Of a stretch of 20,000 bases of DNA, positions 1 through 11,999 are shown one piece after another. This DNA is from Sphaeroforma arctica JP610 (Eukaryota): assembly GCF_001186125.1 (NCBI RefSeq), contig NW_014040418.1, positions 76,029 through 96,028 on the forward strand, in the 5' to 3' direction. Below the pieces are notes generated by a model. That model had not been told where the DNA came from, did no database searches, and saw only the letters and a list, made by a program, of their open reading frames with translations. Both the position numbers and the translations under genes were made by a program. Positions within the stretch are counted from its first letter, which is position 1. Each line of letters starts with the position of its first letter.

Positions 1-1170
1 CGCTATTTGTTCTTTGTGGCCATACTTGTTTCTAACCATGGTGTAGTCCCTCGTGTTACCTGTAATCAGCTTGTGTGAACTACTTGTCTCTCTCCTTTGC
101 CTGTGGTTGGATTTCGGTTGTATTTCCTATAATTCTTATAACTTCTTGCCTTGTGTTTTTCACAGGAGCCCCCTTCTTATGTCTAACCAACTGCTACTAT
201 GTACACTCCCCTTTTACTTGTACTCGTTGTGTGTACTGGTACCATTTCTATAACGCAATGCTTATTTAGCAATTTCTAACTAAAATGTATCTATTACAGG
301 GTTCTAACCTGATTTCTAGCCTACAATGTCACACCTACCGTCTATTTTTACACCATAAAATCACAAAATTATTCTTCACTATTATTTCCACTTATCTGAC
401 CGTCTGGCTGGACCCTCGTTTTGGTCATTTGGTCCTGCTGATCTTGCCCATTTCTTTCTTGAACTTCTGATGCCTACTGTTGAATCGGTTGCTCCTTCGT
501 TTTGTCCGCGGTCTCCTTGGGTTCTGTCGTAATGCCAAAGTCTGCCTCTGACCTTGAAGTCACCGCAAAGATTGGCCGAAGCCTAAATCGTTCGAGCTGT
601 CTGGCCATACTGATTCGATTGAGCCTGAATCGTCCATTGTTCGTCTCAATTTCCTTTGCTGAGCCCATCGGACGTGCTGATCGTTCAGACTCGGTGTCTC
701 TTCCCCTTCACTGTCACTATTTGACATCAAGGATGGCATTGTGGCACTAGCGTCACTACTGGTGTACCCACTATCGTCTTCTACCGCAATAGATTCTGAA
801 AGATTCCTTCAATTTGCCGGGCCATCTTACTACTACTATTGTATTTCGATGGTTTCTCTTTTGTTCGTCTTATTCCTATAGAAAAAGAACCAATAAACTT
901 CATTCAATTATTATAAAGTAGCTTATCCCTTAATTACTAATGAACTCACAACTTCCTTGGCAAGTTAAAAATGTAGTAAATGAACGCTTCAATAACTGTA
1001 TCGCAACGTTCTCCCTCCGTAGAGAGGGAGATATTGTTCATTTATTAGTAATTGTATAATTAATGACTCTAAAAGTGAGTCATAAGTCATGTGCTGTAAT
1101 AGTCAGCAAAAACCAAATTTATCAGATTATTCTGATAAACTGTAAAAACTACAATAACTAAAATAAACAA

Positions 1171-1851
1171 CTAAAACCTAAGTACTTGTATTCTGACCAC
1201 AAAGCGCTCCCCTGTAATGCATACGTCCTTGCATAGCCTACGAAAACCTCTGTCGTCTCTTACATACTGCGACTCCGAATTTGGCACAGATGGCCGTGTG
1301 CGTAGTTTGCCGTGTGCCTCAGCTGCACGCACACCGATCTCTGGTCGAGGATCGTTTGAGCGATTTTGCAGTGCATTCTCAATCAGGGCAAGACAACGCT
1401 GTCGCATACAGTTGCGCTCAGAGATAACGTCAGACACCGTTTCCTTCTCACTGCAGATTTGTGATTGCAAAGTGTCAAAAGTCGCTAGCGCTGCCTCGGC
1501 CCTTTTGAGATAATCTCGCTCACCCCCAGCCTCTGCACCTATCTGTACATCGCCCAAAACGGCGCAGCATTCCATCACCAATTCGATGACTGGTTCCCGT
1601 ATTTGTCTTACTTTCAAGATGTTTTTGTAGCACGCATGTGCGTCAGCCAAGACGTAGGCAAGAGATTGCTCCACACCGGCCGGTATGGCTAGTTTAAACT
1701 CTGGCGTTGCCAGTGCGATACTGTCCATCCGCGCTACTCGAATGCAGTCTGCGAACCTCGATACAGTCAGCAGGTACTGCTTAGAAATAGACGAAGGTAC
1801 GTTCGAGTATCCTGAGTCCATAGTCTGTAGAAAAGTAGGCGAGACGGACAC
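1171..1851 (-). CDS. Orphan ORF (226 aa, GTG start), probably a fragment of a multicopy gene or TE accessory ORF of unknown function
   Basis: Long stop-free frame. 1200-1470 aligns without gaps to 14139-14409 on the opposite strand (22 mismatches in about 270 nt by manual count), and both copies are open. No motif recognised. Confidence 0.45.
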   Translation of the reverse strand: MSVSPTFLQTMDSGYSNVPSSISKQYLLTVSRFADCIRVARMDSIALATPEFKLAIPAGVEQSLAYVLADAHACYKNILKVRQIREPVIELVMECCAVLGDVQIGAEAGGERDYLKRAEAALATFDTLQSQICSEKETVSDVISERNCMRQRCLALIENALQNRSNDPRPEIGVRAAEAHGKLRTRPSVPNSESQYVRDDRGFRRLCKDVCITGERFVVRIQVLRF

Positions 1852-1963
1852 GCATGCTTTCTACTTTTTACTCGAGCTGCTTGACGACAACAAGGGCCAC
1901 AAGGCTTACTATTTTCAGGTCAAACGATGCTGAACAACATTAAAACACTTGAATATACCATAC

Positions 1964-2041
1964 CCTTCTTTCTTCTATTGCTCTCCGTAGTCGCGCCTTG
2001 ACTTTATCGCTGGCACACAGTTCCATTGGAGTCTTTCCGTC
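1964..2041 (-). CDS. Ankyrin C-terminal capping exon (78 nt)
   Basis: tag|DGKTPMELCASDKVKARLRRAIEERR|gtatgg; GKTP.(D/E)L is typical of the final half-repeat. Confidence 0.65.
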
Positions 2042-5000
2042 CTACATTAACATCGAAAATGAATGCCACACAAAAATGTCAAGCCTTGTCCTAAACGTTT
2101 AGCTGAAAGCCTATAGCTTAGATCGGTTAAGGTGGAAACACGAAAAGTTTTAAAACTATATTTCAGTCTTATACGAAAACAGTCAAGCTACAAGGAAGCC
2201 ATAACGACTCATTGTTCAGTATGGTAAACTTTCAGGTCACGCGAGGGAACTGGATTTTGTCTGCTTCTGCACTAGCTCGGTGTTTCCTAGGTTTAATCAT
2301 ACCATACTACAATATTGCAGACAATTCAGAGTAACATCCAGTCTCATCAGGCTATACGTATTGTAAGAGCGAAGCCGTGTATGTTGTACATTGTAAAGTA
2401 CCCAAGCATCACATAAATATATATAGAATAGGCGACAAACGGTTTGTCAAGATTAAAGACTGTCCTCCAACACTGGACAGAAGCGAAGAAACAATAAAAG
2501 AAAAGAAAAATCTTCAAGTTTAGAGTGAAGAAAATCGCATAAGAAGGAGTAAAATAGACCACTCACCACTGTTTTAGCCTCTGTTTCAGTCCTATTTTCA
2601 ACCAGCGTTTGCACAGCGTATCCTACTCCTTCTTTGCAGGCAATGTGAAGTGTGGTCTCATTGTCCTACAGAGTAGATGCAAAACTATATCACAAATATT
2701 CAAAATTTACTGGGACAAAGAACAACACCGTAACCTCGTTAAAACGGTTTTGCCAGACAGACCTATGGTAGATATCCTACAGAGAATCTTTGAAATTTTA
2801 TGATACTATCCGCCTCTCATCTTGCTCTTCAGTGCAAATACACCATCGTACCTTACTGACGTGTCGTTTTCGAGACGATTTGACTCCAGATAGCAGCAGT
2901 ATTACTGAAATGACATATTGTCGATAGTACGAACCACAGCCAAGACTGTGAATATTATATTTCTCTTTTGCCGGAATAAAACACCACAAAGGGGAGAATA
3001 TAAAGTACTACAACATATACTAATAGTCCATCAATAAGACACATGCTAAATATTTCCACCTGCTTAGTTTCAGGTCATTGATTACACTTTTTGTTCAATA
3101 CCAATCATTTCAGCAATATACACAACTTTCATCGCTAGTATCACGAGAACTCAATTTTTGAGTCAAATACATCCCAAAGCACAGCATGAGCATTGTGAGC
3201 TGCACCAAAAATCGGCAGATCTATGTGACCGTAGCGATGACTTTATCAGTACAAAATTTGCGAATGATTTGGAACCATATAGTTGAAACAAGTATGAGTC
3301 TTTTTCAGTTGCAAATAAACGATCAAGACTGCTGCCAGTACTCAGGATAATTGCACGCGTAGGAGTGTTGTGTTTCTTCTCGTTATGTACATATATATAT
3401 ATATCGACATCATTCTGTGAGTGTTAGAGGTTTGCGGTCAATTAGAACCGGTGCAAATTCGCCACACCCACGTGATCTGAGACTATCACCCGCGTACAGT
3501 GACTCGTAAATATTGAGACAGCGATCGATCACCTTGTACTACTAACGCGTCATCGACTACAGTGTCAGTTAATGAATGCATAGCCCACAGAGGGACTGAA
3601 ATTGCTGCCGTATATCTAGCTTTGGCATCAACAACCCCTTTATCGGCAACGTACTATCTATACTGACGCGTAGATATAAAAATCTAATACCAGCCGAACA
3701 TCAGCAGATTCACGACAAAGAAGATGCGTATAAAGTATGACTTCTCACACAAATTACAAATATATGGTCCTGTCAAGCACATGTAAGGAACACAGGCGTG
3801 TTTGTCGGCCGCGCCTTTAGCATACTCTACGTCTAATCACCACATAACATGATAGATAAAGTTCGATAACAACCACTCTCGCTGCGGGTTTTGCGGCTTA
3901 CCAAGTTTTGTGCCTCAATATTGGCACCGTTACCAAGCAGTGGTTTCAAGATCCCAGCGTTTGCGTAGTTTTTGTAACAGTTAACGTGAAGTGGAGCGTC
4001 TCCATTCTGGAAGCCGAAGATACAAACCCAAATAAACGTATCGGCGTCACTCATCTCGGATGAAACTATTTTGGACATATATATATATATATACCTGTCC
4101 CATAGCACACTTTGGCATAGTCATGCAAGTTAACCTCAACGTAAATGTACCTGTGATGCTGCAAGGATTTGCATACATAGTACATATAATACAAACGATT
4201 CATTCCAATGAAGAAGGCTACGACTGCACGGACTGCATTACTAACGGGCAAGTGCCAAGCTCACTTTTCATCGAATATCAATCAGCAATCACACAGAGTC
4301 GAAAGGTGCACCAGACCCAGTACCTGACGATAATTTTGTGAAGGTATTGGGATTATAAAATAACAACAGATCGCCTTTCTCGTCTAGTTCCCGACTAATG
4401 GGCTTCTAGTAGCCACATGTCGTTCAAGAATCAGTAGGAAACACAAATGTACGGACGAGTGCCAAAAGGAACTGAATATAGTATGAAGCTTGCAAGTGTT
4501 CGACATTCCCAGAGGCGATCAGCACAGCCCCAACAAAACACACAATCCATCACACAGACGATGAGTGCTCCTATTGGTATTTCTTGTCGAGTCCAGCCAT
4601 TTATGAAACTCAATGATTGTCATTCAGAAAATAACCATGATCTTCTCTGCGCACGTATACTTCTAACAGAATAACCAATAAGTGTAGAACACACAAAAAA
4701 AACAAACCAAAAACAACATGTGCTTGCCACAATATACGATGATGTAGTTTACTTACCTCGTCTCTCGCCTCTATACTAGCGCCATTGTCGAGCAGTAGTT
4801 TGACAATGGTTTCATACCCGTAGAAGCAAGCGTTGTGGATAGGAGTACGGCCAAGCTGAATATACGGAATTACAACCATCTCAGCCAGAATATTCTTGTC
4901 AACAACACTTCGACCGGTATAAATATCGAACAATTGGGTACCAATGTACATCCAGTCAGATGCGGATAACCGACAGAGACATGCTCGATATCATCTGTAG

Positions 5001-5590
5001 TAGTCTAGCACATAAAGATAGAAACTCGTTGTGCATGGCCAATATTCAGTCGGAGAACGACACAGACTTGTGATGTTTTAAAAATGGAAGAACAGCGGTT
5101 ACACAGAGGGAGCGTATGCGTGTGAGTGCTCCCAGTTAATATTCTTTCATGTATGTCGTCGATGGTTATAACTTTAAAAAAATTGACGATAAAGGTTTAA
5201 TTGGAAAAATACACAATCGACAGGGAAAGAAATCACACGCCAAAGCATCTAATTCCGTCATTCTATGATGATAATCACAGTAAAGTAAAATTCAGCACCC
5301 GAAGTATATATAGTTCTACATACTAAACATATTGAGCTTATATACTACTAAATACTAAACAAATTCCTAGATTACCTATATCCCAGAATAACATACAATG
5401 CCATTTTACATACTAAACATACTTATAGAGTGCATTGCCATCTTACAACCTAAATATACCAATAGAGTACGTACTTCCCAAATTGACACACATTGTTACG
5501 GGCCTCGATGTTTGCTTTCCAGTAGAGCAGCAATTGCACGACCATCACCGATCCCCCTTGGCATGCACTGTGAAGCGGACGATTCTTGTC
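1964..5590 (-). CDS. Spliced ankyrin-repeat protein gene (5' end not identified; may be partly decayed)
   Basis: Five AG/GT-bounded phase-0 exons: 5492-5590, 4757-4855, 3902-4006, 2567-2665 and 1964-2041. Each translates to an ankyrin repeat (TPLH..AC..G...V.LLL..GA.IEA) or a terminal GKTP cap. Confidence 0.8.
2567..2665 (-). CDS. Ankyrin-repeat exon (99 nt, 33 aa, divergent)
   Basis: tag|DNETTLHIACKEGVGYAVQTLVENRTETEAKTV|gtgagt. Confidence 0.8.
3902..4006 (-). CDS. Ankyrin-repeat exon (105 nt, 35 aa, divergent)
   Basis: cag|NGDAPLHVNCYKNYANAGILKPLLGNGANIEAQNL|gtaagc. Confidence 0.8.
4757..4855 (-). CDS. Ankyrin-repeat exon (99 nt, 33 aa)
   Basis: cag|LGRTPIHNACFYGYETIVKLLLDNGASIEARDE|gtaagt; close to consensus. 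Confidence 0.92.
5492..5590 (-). CDS. Ankyrin-repeat exon (99 nt, 33 aa)
   Basis: cag|DKNRPLHSACQGGSVMVVQLLLYWKANIEARNN|gtgtgt. Confidence 0.85.
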
Positions 5591-8034
5591 CTGCCAGATG
5601 TGCAAGTTTCCCAAAAAAATAAAAATTTAACACTTTTTGATGATTGACTCCATGAATTGAGGCTAAAGTCACCACAACGGGTTTTTTGTGTGCCGGTTGA
5701 TATTAATATTTTCGAGAAAATATTCATCAACTTGTGATAGAATATGAATAAGAAACTCTCACAAACACGGAACATCTGTCCACAGTGGCTGCTTAATCTA
5801 ACTTGCAACCTGTAGGACTGACAGCAACTAAATTGAAGGGCAAGGAACCGAAATGGTAAAACGAAAGTCGGCATCGGTTAAGTTGGTTATCAGAGAACCA
5901 ATCAGGTTCTAAGCGGACGATGACGATGTTTAAACCGGTACACGATAGTATCTCTTATACCAGTTCGATAGGTGGTTTTAACGAATAGGAGGGATATAAA
6001 ATGCCGCCACGCAGCCAGTAGAAAAGGGGCTCTCGTTTGGCATAATACGTTCGCCAAAATCATTTTGGACATGTACCGACAAGGTTCTGTACTTGTGCCG
6101 ACTATTCCTAATCTTAGCTCGATATGTGCTCTACTTTCAAAGTATAGTTTGCACGCCGCACTTCAACTTGATAAATGTAAAGTCAGTCTGAAACTATAGG
6201 TTTGAGATTGAATGCTACTATACATAAGTAGATAGTATGTACACTACTATACAGAAGGTAGCACGTATACTACCATATAGAAGGAGATACTATGTATACT
6301 ACTATACAGAAGATACTATGCATAATACAACACAGAGATGGTATGTTTGCGTATCGAACAGTAAATGGCAGCGCGATAGTTTCTTTGTCGATTTGTACTC
6401 CCTTGTAAATACTGTGATATAAGTAAACATTGTGACATAAGACAATATTTCGACGTGCTGGTAGCTTTTGTATGCACGTGTGAACACACCTCAGGAGATA
6501 TGGTAGATTGCCATATATTTGCAATTGAATATAATTATTTTGCGATCACATGCACGCTGCAATAGGTGCTTTCTGTTCCTCTTGAAATTAAAGAAATTAA
6601 AGTAGCTGTGCGCGATATACATACTCAATAGTGGGTACTGTGCACTATACATTTTGGTTCTACAAGTCTTCATGGGGTTGAATCTGAAACCCAGACATGA
6701 AAAAGACGAAATGCTTCGGGGGTTTCAGGCTGTTGCATTACGCTAAAATTTAATGTCATTACGTGGGATGATATTGCGAATAAATACACTCAGCAGACGT
6801 ATTGAATATTTGAAAAGCACACGATATGGACTTGGAAAGTCGTAGTGTCGCCAACCTCGCAAATGATACACGTGTATACAAAGTCACGAAATACTGTTTA
6901 ACAGTGGTGTACGGTATACTCTGACTACCAAACATCGTTCATCGAGACTGTATGGTTGCTATGGATGTAGAGTTTAGGCATAATAAATATCATCTGTAGA
7001 CGAAAAATAAATGCCATGTATAAATACCATATAATTGATTGTGAGTAGACCTGATGAAGGCGAGCGCGTCGTGGAACGTGTCACACAGAGCCTTGAAACC
7101 TGCATTCTTAGTTTTCGAGTATATGGAATATATGGAATAAATGGAAGAAGAATATTTCGCAGACACACGCTTAACCTGACATTGTAGCCATTAGTGATTT
7201 TTATGATAGAAACAATCGCTAAGAGGGAGACGCATGCTGAATTGTCAGTAGAAGTTCGCCCTGAATCCTATGCTGATATGTAATTGCAATGATATTACCT
7301 CCAGATAATTTCCAATAAATACATAGCTCTTGCATTCATACTGTAATAGAGATTGTGCGAATTGCACGAGCTGAAACATAGTCGCATGTTTATATACACT
7401 GCATTGTAGATTGTTCCTTCCATTTTCAAAGCCGCAAGATAAAAATTGGGATTGTATTTATTATATATCTCTACTAGCCAGCTATAGCCAACTAGACGCT
7501 TGTACGTTACATCTTTAGTTTCACGCACTGTACATAGCTTTTCGGTGAGTTTGTCACGCAAGTGATGCTTTGAAATGAAGTATATATGGAATATCTACCC
7601 GAGAAGAAACCATATGCGATATCCACTAGTGTATATTGCAGCTCAAAGTTGGATTGTTAGCAATTGACCACACGGGGTGTCATCTCCGTTTCAATTTTTG
7701 GACTCACATTGTTCGGAGAGAAGCTAAAGCTATTGACGGAAATTAGCAGGGTGGGATGGATACTTGGTGCGTTGCATCAGTTGCTTCTATTCAGTGCTCT
7801 CAGAAACAAGATAAATTAAATCAAATGGACATTCATGTGATCTTGTTTCTGAGTCGTTTCTCATGCCCTGCAACAAGGCTGAATACGATAAGCAGAGTAT
7901 GTGTGTTGAACCATGAATGATTACATACGCCCCACGAGAGCTGCTGCGTAGGACTCGTACGAGGGTCACACGAAAATCACACGCGACACGCGACGCACTC
8001 ATGCACACGAGAACACGCTAACACACTTAGTGCA

Positions 8035-8061
8035 ACGATAACACGATAACACGATAACACG
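8035..8061. repeat. Short ACGATAAC tandem (about 3 units) within an ACACG-rich low-complexity stretch (about 7967-8061)
   Basis: acgataac acgataac acgataac acg. Confidence 0.7.
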
Positions 8062-8367
8062 CTTAGATGCATATAAATAATCACCCGAAATGTATGAAGC
8101 ACACGAAATGCGAGAGTGGAATGATATATTTACACGAGAGCCATTGCGAGACGGATCGGGTCACCTAGTCCCACGAGTGTGTTGAATTTAATATTTCTAG
8201 CAGACCCTCCCAGAGACTCATCAGACCCTGAGACGGTGAGACCTGATCGGAGTCCTAAGTTCCAACTCCCAACTCCCAAAGTCCCACAGCACTGGCCACT
8301 GCTAAAAGTACTTGTTGTTATACAAAAATTTACCCGCCAAAAGAAATATTCGACCAAAAGAGGAATA

Positions 8368-8460
8368 TATTTATTACGACTCTTGACCATACCGATTGCT
8401 GGGATAAAAATGTCTTTATTTTTAATTCAAATACTCTGGTTACGTGTGGTGTGTAAAGTT
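8368..8460 (+). repeat. Direct repeat of about 93 bp, copy 1
   Basis: tatttattacgactctt(g/a)accataccgattgctgggataaaaatg...atactctggttacgtgtg; near-identical to 8807-8900. Confidence 0.95.
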
Positions 8461-8806
8461 GTCTGGTGAATACAGCTGAATTGACGTAGTGAAACGTTAG
8501 TAAACAATCTACCGCTCTCTAGAGAGTGAACAGAGAGGCAGTTCACATCATATATATGAACAATTAAACCTTTTACAACCATAATTGTTAGTATGGCCCT
8601 GTGTCACGTTATGTTGGGAAAGACGAGGTCTGACTGTTCCAGACTATTCAGTAGCAATAGCATATAACAAGGGGTGTACAGCGGATATAAAAGTTATGTT
8701 GGATTCCTGTGTAGCTCCGTCTGATAAATATCAGATCGCACAATATTTGCTTATGGTATCATGTTATGACTTTTCTTGGCAACAGGGAGTTGTAAACACC
8801 TTGTGC

Positions 8807-8900
8807 TATTTATTACGACTCTTAACCATACCGATTGCTGGGATAAAAATGTTTTTATATTTTTATTCAAATACTCTGGTTACGTGTGATGTGTACAGTT
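8807..8900 (+). repeat. Direct repeat of about 94 bp, copy 2
   Basis: Near-identical to 8368-8460. Confidence 0.95.
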
Positions 8901-9785
8901 TTCTCTTGTGCAATTACACATACTGGTGTGCGTCGAACGCTGGCCTGTATGTATGACCACATTCTTTTGTATTGCATGAATGATTTTTTTCTGCGAGGAG
9001 GCGTCGATGTGAGCTTGGTCAATGAGCGTGATCAAGTGTGTGGTTAACTAGTCATCTGCTTTAAAACGTGAGCTATTTAAACATATTGCATTGACCATAT
9101 ACTACAGACACATAACGTGAACATATTACATAAGCACATGACATAGAAATATGTCATACACCTGTTCTGTTGTCTTTCAAGATTTGTGCATATCCGCAGC
9201 TCTATCTGATGTTGATCTTTATTCTTTCCGATATCGTATCATGCCTCTTGTCCGACTTGTTTCTAGTAGATTGCGTGTACATGTTTCGCCCTCCATAAGC
9301 TTACTTGATTTACAGAGCTTGTGTGTTGATACGGATGATTCGATCTGCGGTGATTGCTCCCCAACTACACAAGATATCAGAACTCGTACTCTACACAAAT
9401 GGAATATGATATTTGAGTCTGAACGAAAACGCCCTTGGTGTTGGCATGCGGTAGTGGTGTTGCTTTACAGCAATTACTGCTCTCAAATGTGCTTTTGTCT
9501 TTCAATATGATTGCCATATTCTAGTGTGTATTATTTTAAGTTTACTATAGGTTGTCACCTAAAACAGTGTTTACAATCGATACTACTTGGAAAATGCTCA
9601 GAATCCTGATTAAGTACCATCTGCTGGTCGATCTCTGCCCTGCATCCTTTTTCTATATACATTTATATGTATATTATAGCACACTGGAGAGCGCTGAAAT
9701 TACTCTTTGCGTTCTTTATACTTGTACTAGTTCAAGTATCCACTGCACGCTGCCTGCTCATCGCAATACTCTGTGGAAGTTGTGC

Positions 9786-10176
9786 TGTTAGAGTGTAAGA
9801 TGGTAGTCAACCTCACCTTTGGTTTTATACTCAAGGTGTTTGTGCTAGTGTTCAACCGCTTGGATTGGCCAGGGTGAAAACTCATATGGTCAGTATGAGA
9901 AACCTTTTGCAGAACACTTTAACACTTAGATATTGTTCTGTAGCATAATCTCTGCCACTCGCTCTTACGCCGATCAATTAATGTTGCTTGGCTTTCAGAG
10001 CAATTCTCACCTAGGTATCGGCTTTCGGAGCGATGCTCTCATAGGAGCAAATGTATTATTAACATGATGTGGTTAATAATTTGATCCGCTTTTCGGAGTG
10101 ACGCAACTCTTGTGATTTCATTCAAGAAAAAGAGTGTTCTTGCTATTGAAACTTGCTTGAGATCTGTAGTCTCTCA
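9786..10176 (-). mobile_element. LTR copy (solo-like) abutting the 5'-truncated RT
   Basis: On the minus strand it reads TGAGAGACTACAG...CTCTAACA, matching both termini of 15156-15620. Shares a ~120-bp block (ggtgtttgtgctagtgttca...cagtatgagaaacctt..gcagaacacttta) with the other two copies. No TSD visible. Confidence 0.7.
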
Positions 10177-10890
10177 CTCATGGTTCCCAAAAGTCCTCGG
10201 ATCACCCCCCAAACCAAAGATGATAGGCGATATTGTACTAACGTTGCTAAGTGGAAGACAAAGTTGAAACAAGAGCCGTTCAACATCCCTACCGAAGGGA
10301 GCACATTGAGGATCTGTCGATTAATTCCAATGGCCACCCTATAGAGATGGTTGGACACGTCGCGGGCAAGCCGTGGGTATCTGTTGTTGATTGTGGAAAT
10401 AGTTTCAACCAGCTTCCGCTGGAGAAAAAGAGCCACGACATATTGACATTTTGGACTCCATGGGGCCGTTACAAGTACTTGGCCCTGCCTTTTGGTATTA
10501 CCGAGGCATCATGGCGATTCCAAGAGACCCTGGATCGTCTATTCGATGGTTTGCAGGGTACCAAGTGGTATATAGACGATATCGTGATATTCTCGGGCGG
10601 GTGCATCTGAGCATAGGGATCCCCTCATTGCGTTCTTTGAGCGCCGTGACAAGTATGATATCCAGTTTGGCCTTCCCAAGGCGCGGATCGGGTATTATAA
10701 ACGCCCAGCATCAGGGCGTCACAATCTCAGCTGATCGGTTAGCGGCTCTGCTTGAGGTTGACCGTCCTGACAACCAGGACCGCGTCCGGTCGTGGTACCA
10801 CACGGTGGCGTTTTGGCAGCGGTTTATCGACGGTTTCTCCAAGATTTTGAAACCCATCCCGGCCTTTTGTGAAATTCAAGTGGGGTGCTG
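10177..10890 (+). pseudogene. pol: Reverse transcriptase, Ty3/Gypsy type (frameshifted, 5'-truncated)
   Basis: LMVPK..., WVSVVDCGNSFNQLPL...TFWTPWGRYKYLALPFGITEASWRFQETLDRLF...WYIDDIVIFS (YIDD at 10569-10580); thumb region VRSWYHTVAFWQRFIDGFSKILKP. Confidence 0.95.
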
Positions 10891-10929
10891 ACCAGCAGGC
10901 CGCGTTTGATTTAATCAACGAGCTCTGAA

Positions 10930-11353
10930 GACATGTGCAGTCCTCGCCACGCCGGAGCCGGGTGTACGACTTTACCAGTTCGCTGATGCTTGGGAGCATT
11001 TTGGCCTTGGCGGGGTAATTTATGTGCTGAGGAATGGGAAACTGCAGCCAGTGGCATATTTTTCCTCCAAGTTCTCGCCAGCCTAACTTAACTATCACGT
11101 CACCGACAAGGAATGGCTTGCGCAGGTTTACGGTCTTCGGAAGCATTGAGCGGTGTTTAATAATACTCATCACCCTATCACGATCTTCACGGACCATCAG
11201 GCACTTTTGACCCTGTGGCGCCGTGAGTTCTTTGCAGGTGACCCTCGTGGCCGACGACAGGCACGTTTGCAGGAGGTTTCTAAGGACCGTGACGTTTAGC
11301 TCTTGCATGTCCGAGGTAAGGACAATAACACAGCAGATATGCTGAGCCGCCTT
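10930..11353 (+). pseudogene. RNase H, Ty3/Gypsy type (in-frame stops)
   Basis: VLATP...FADAWEHFGLGGVI...QPVAYFSSKFSPA*LNYHVTDKEWLAQVYGLRKH*...ITIFTDHQAL...RQARLQE...HVRGKDNNTADMLSRL matches TDAS..G.G.VL/PVAYFS.KL...E.NY...EKE/TDH..L/GK.N..AD.LSR. Confidence 0.93.
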
Positions 11354-11454
11354 ACCACAAGGTAGATCCGTCGATGGATCCGGTTGGGACGCAAACTGTT
11401 ACCCCCAGGAGACGAGTCACGTGGCGATATCCGGTCGCTCGTCAGGGTCCTCCC

Positions 11455-11880
11455 CACAGCAATGAATACATGGCTAATAAAAGGTATTTCAAGGTAGCTG
11501 ATAAGGCTGGGGTCCGCATATCCATGACGGTTTTGCTCTGCCGGGCAATAACCATTTGCCGAATTATTTCCCCCCTTCTTTGGAAGGTGGCGCGTCTTCC
11601 CAATTGTAGACGTTCCTCAATTTGTGGGACAACTGTCCGTGGGCCGCAATCCCGCGTGTGTTAGCTAAGGTTATTGCGGATGAAGCGGACATCACGTTAA
11701 TGTGCCCTTATCTCACTGATGCGCCGTGGTTCCAGCCCATGTTGTCGTTGTTATCACGGGAACCCATTATTATCCCGCCGGAGAAAGGCGTCTTGTCTTT
11801 TTCCGGTATGGGCATGAAGAGATGCCACCGCTGCGCTGGGGTCCTACGCTGTTGTGCCGGTTGTCGGCCAGGGGCGCCCA
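11455..11880 (+). pseudogene. DIRS-type Dam-like (N6-adenine) DNA methyltransferase domain, decayed
   Basis: NEYMANKRYF...HDGFALPGNNHLPNYF...SQL*TFLNLWDNCPWAAIPRVLAKVIADEADITLMCPYLTDAPWFQPMLSLLSREPIIIPP...VF...PPLRWGPTLLCRLS resembles the DIRS MT pattern D.FA...N..LP.YF...W....W.NPP(F/W)..IPRVL.K......ILI.P.W..APWF..L. Confidence 0.8.
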
Positions 11881-11999
11881 AGTATCAGGTTCCTCAGGAA
11901 TTTTGGCGTCAGTGTGACGTGTTCGTTCCTGGTGGTGTAGCTGGCGGAGCCGCTTGCTCTGTTCTCCGTACTAGTCCGCGGAGTTGATAGCGTGCGATG

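Noticed and set aside
1..900. Pyrimidine-skewed region that may be a decayed minus-strand coding sequence such as gag
   Set aside because: Many stops and no recognisable motif
1010..1139. Two hairpins (TCTCCCTC/GAGGGAGA at 1010-1031; TTTATCAGA/TCTGATAAA at 1118-1139)
   Set aside because: Isolated 8-9 bp stems with no supporting Helitron end or other context
3416..3749. TGTGAG...CTCACA-bounded 334-bp segment with a TATA-like motif, possibly a solo LTR in an intron
   Set aside because: No TSD and no second copy in the window; a 6-bp inverted repeat can arise by chance
6684..6728. 9-bp inverted repeat CTGAAACCC/GGGTTTCAG
   Set aside because: Too short, with no TSD or additional copies
5972..9791. 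Many 60-123 aa ORFs
   Set aside because: No motifs, often non-ATG starts, composition typical of non-coding AT-rich DNA
10739..11308. 189-aa minus-strand ORF and similar antisense ORFs over the pol and kinase regions
   Set aside because: Shadow frames of recognisable plus-strand domains
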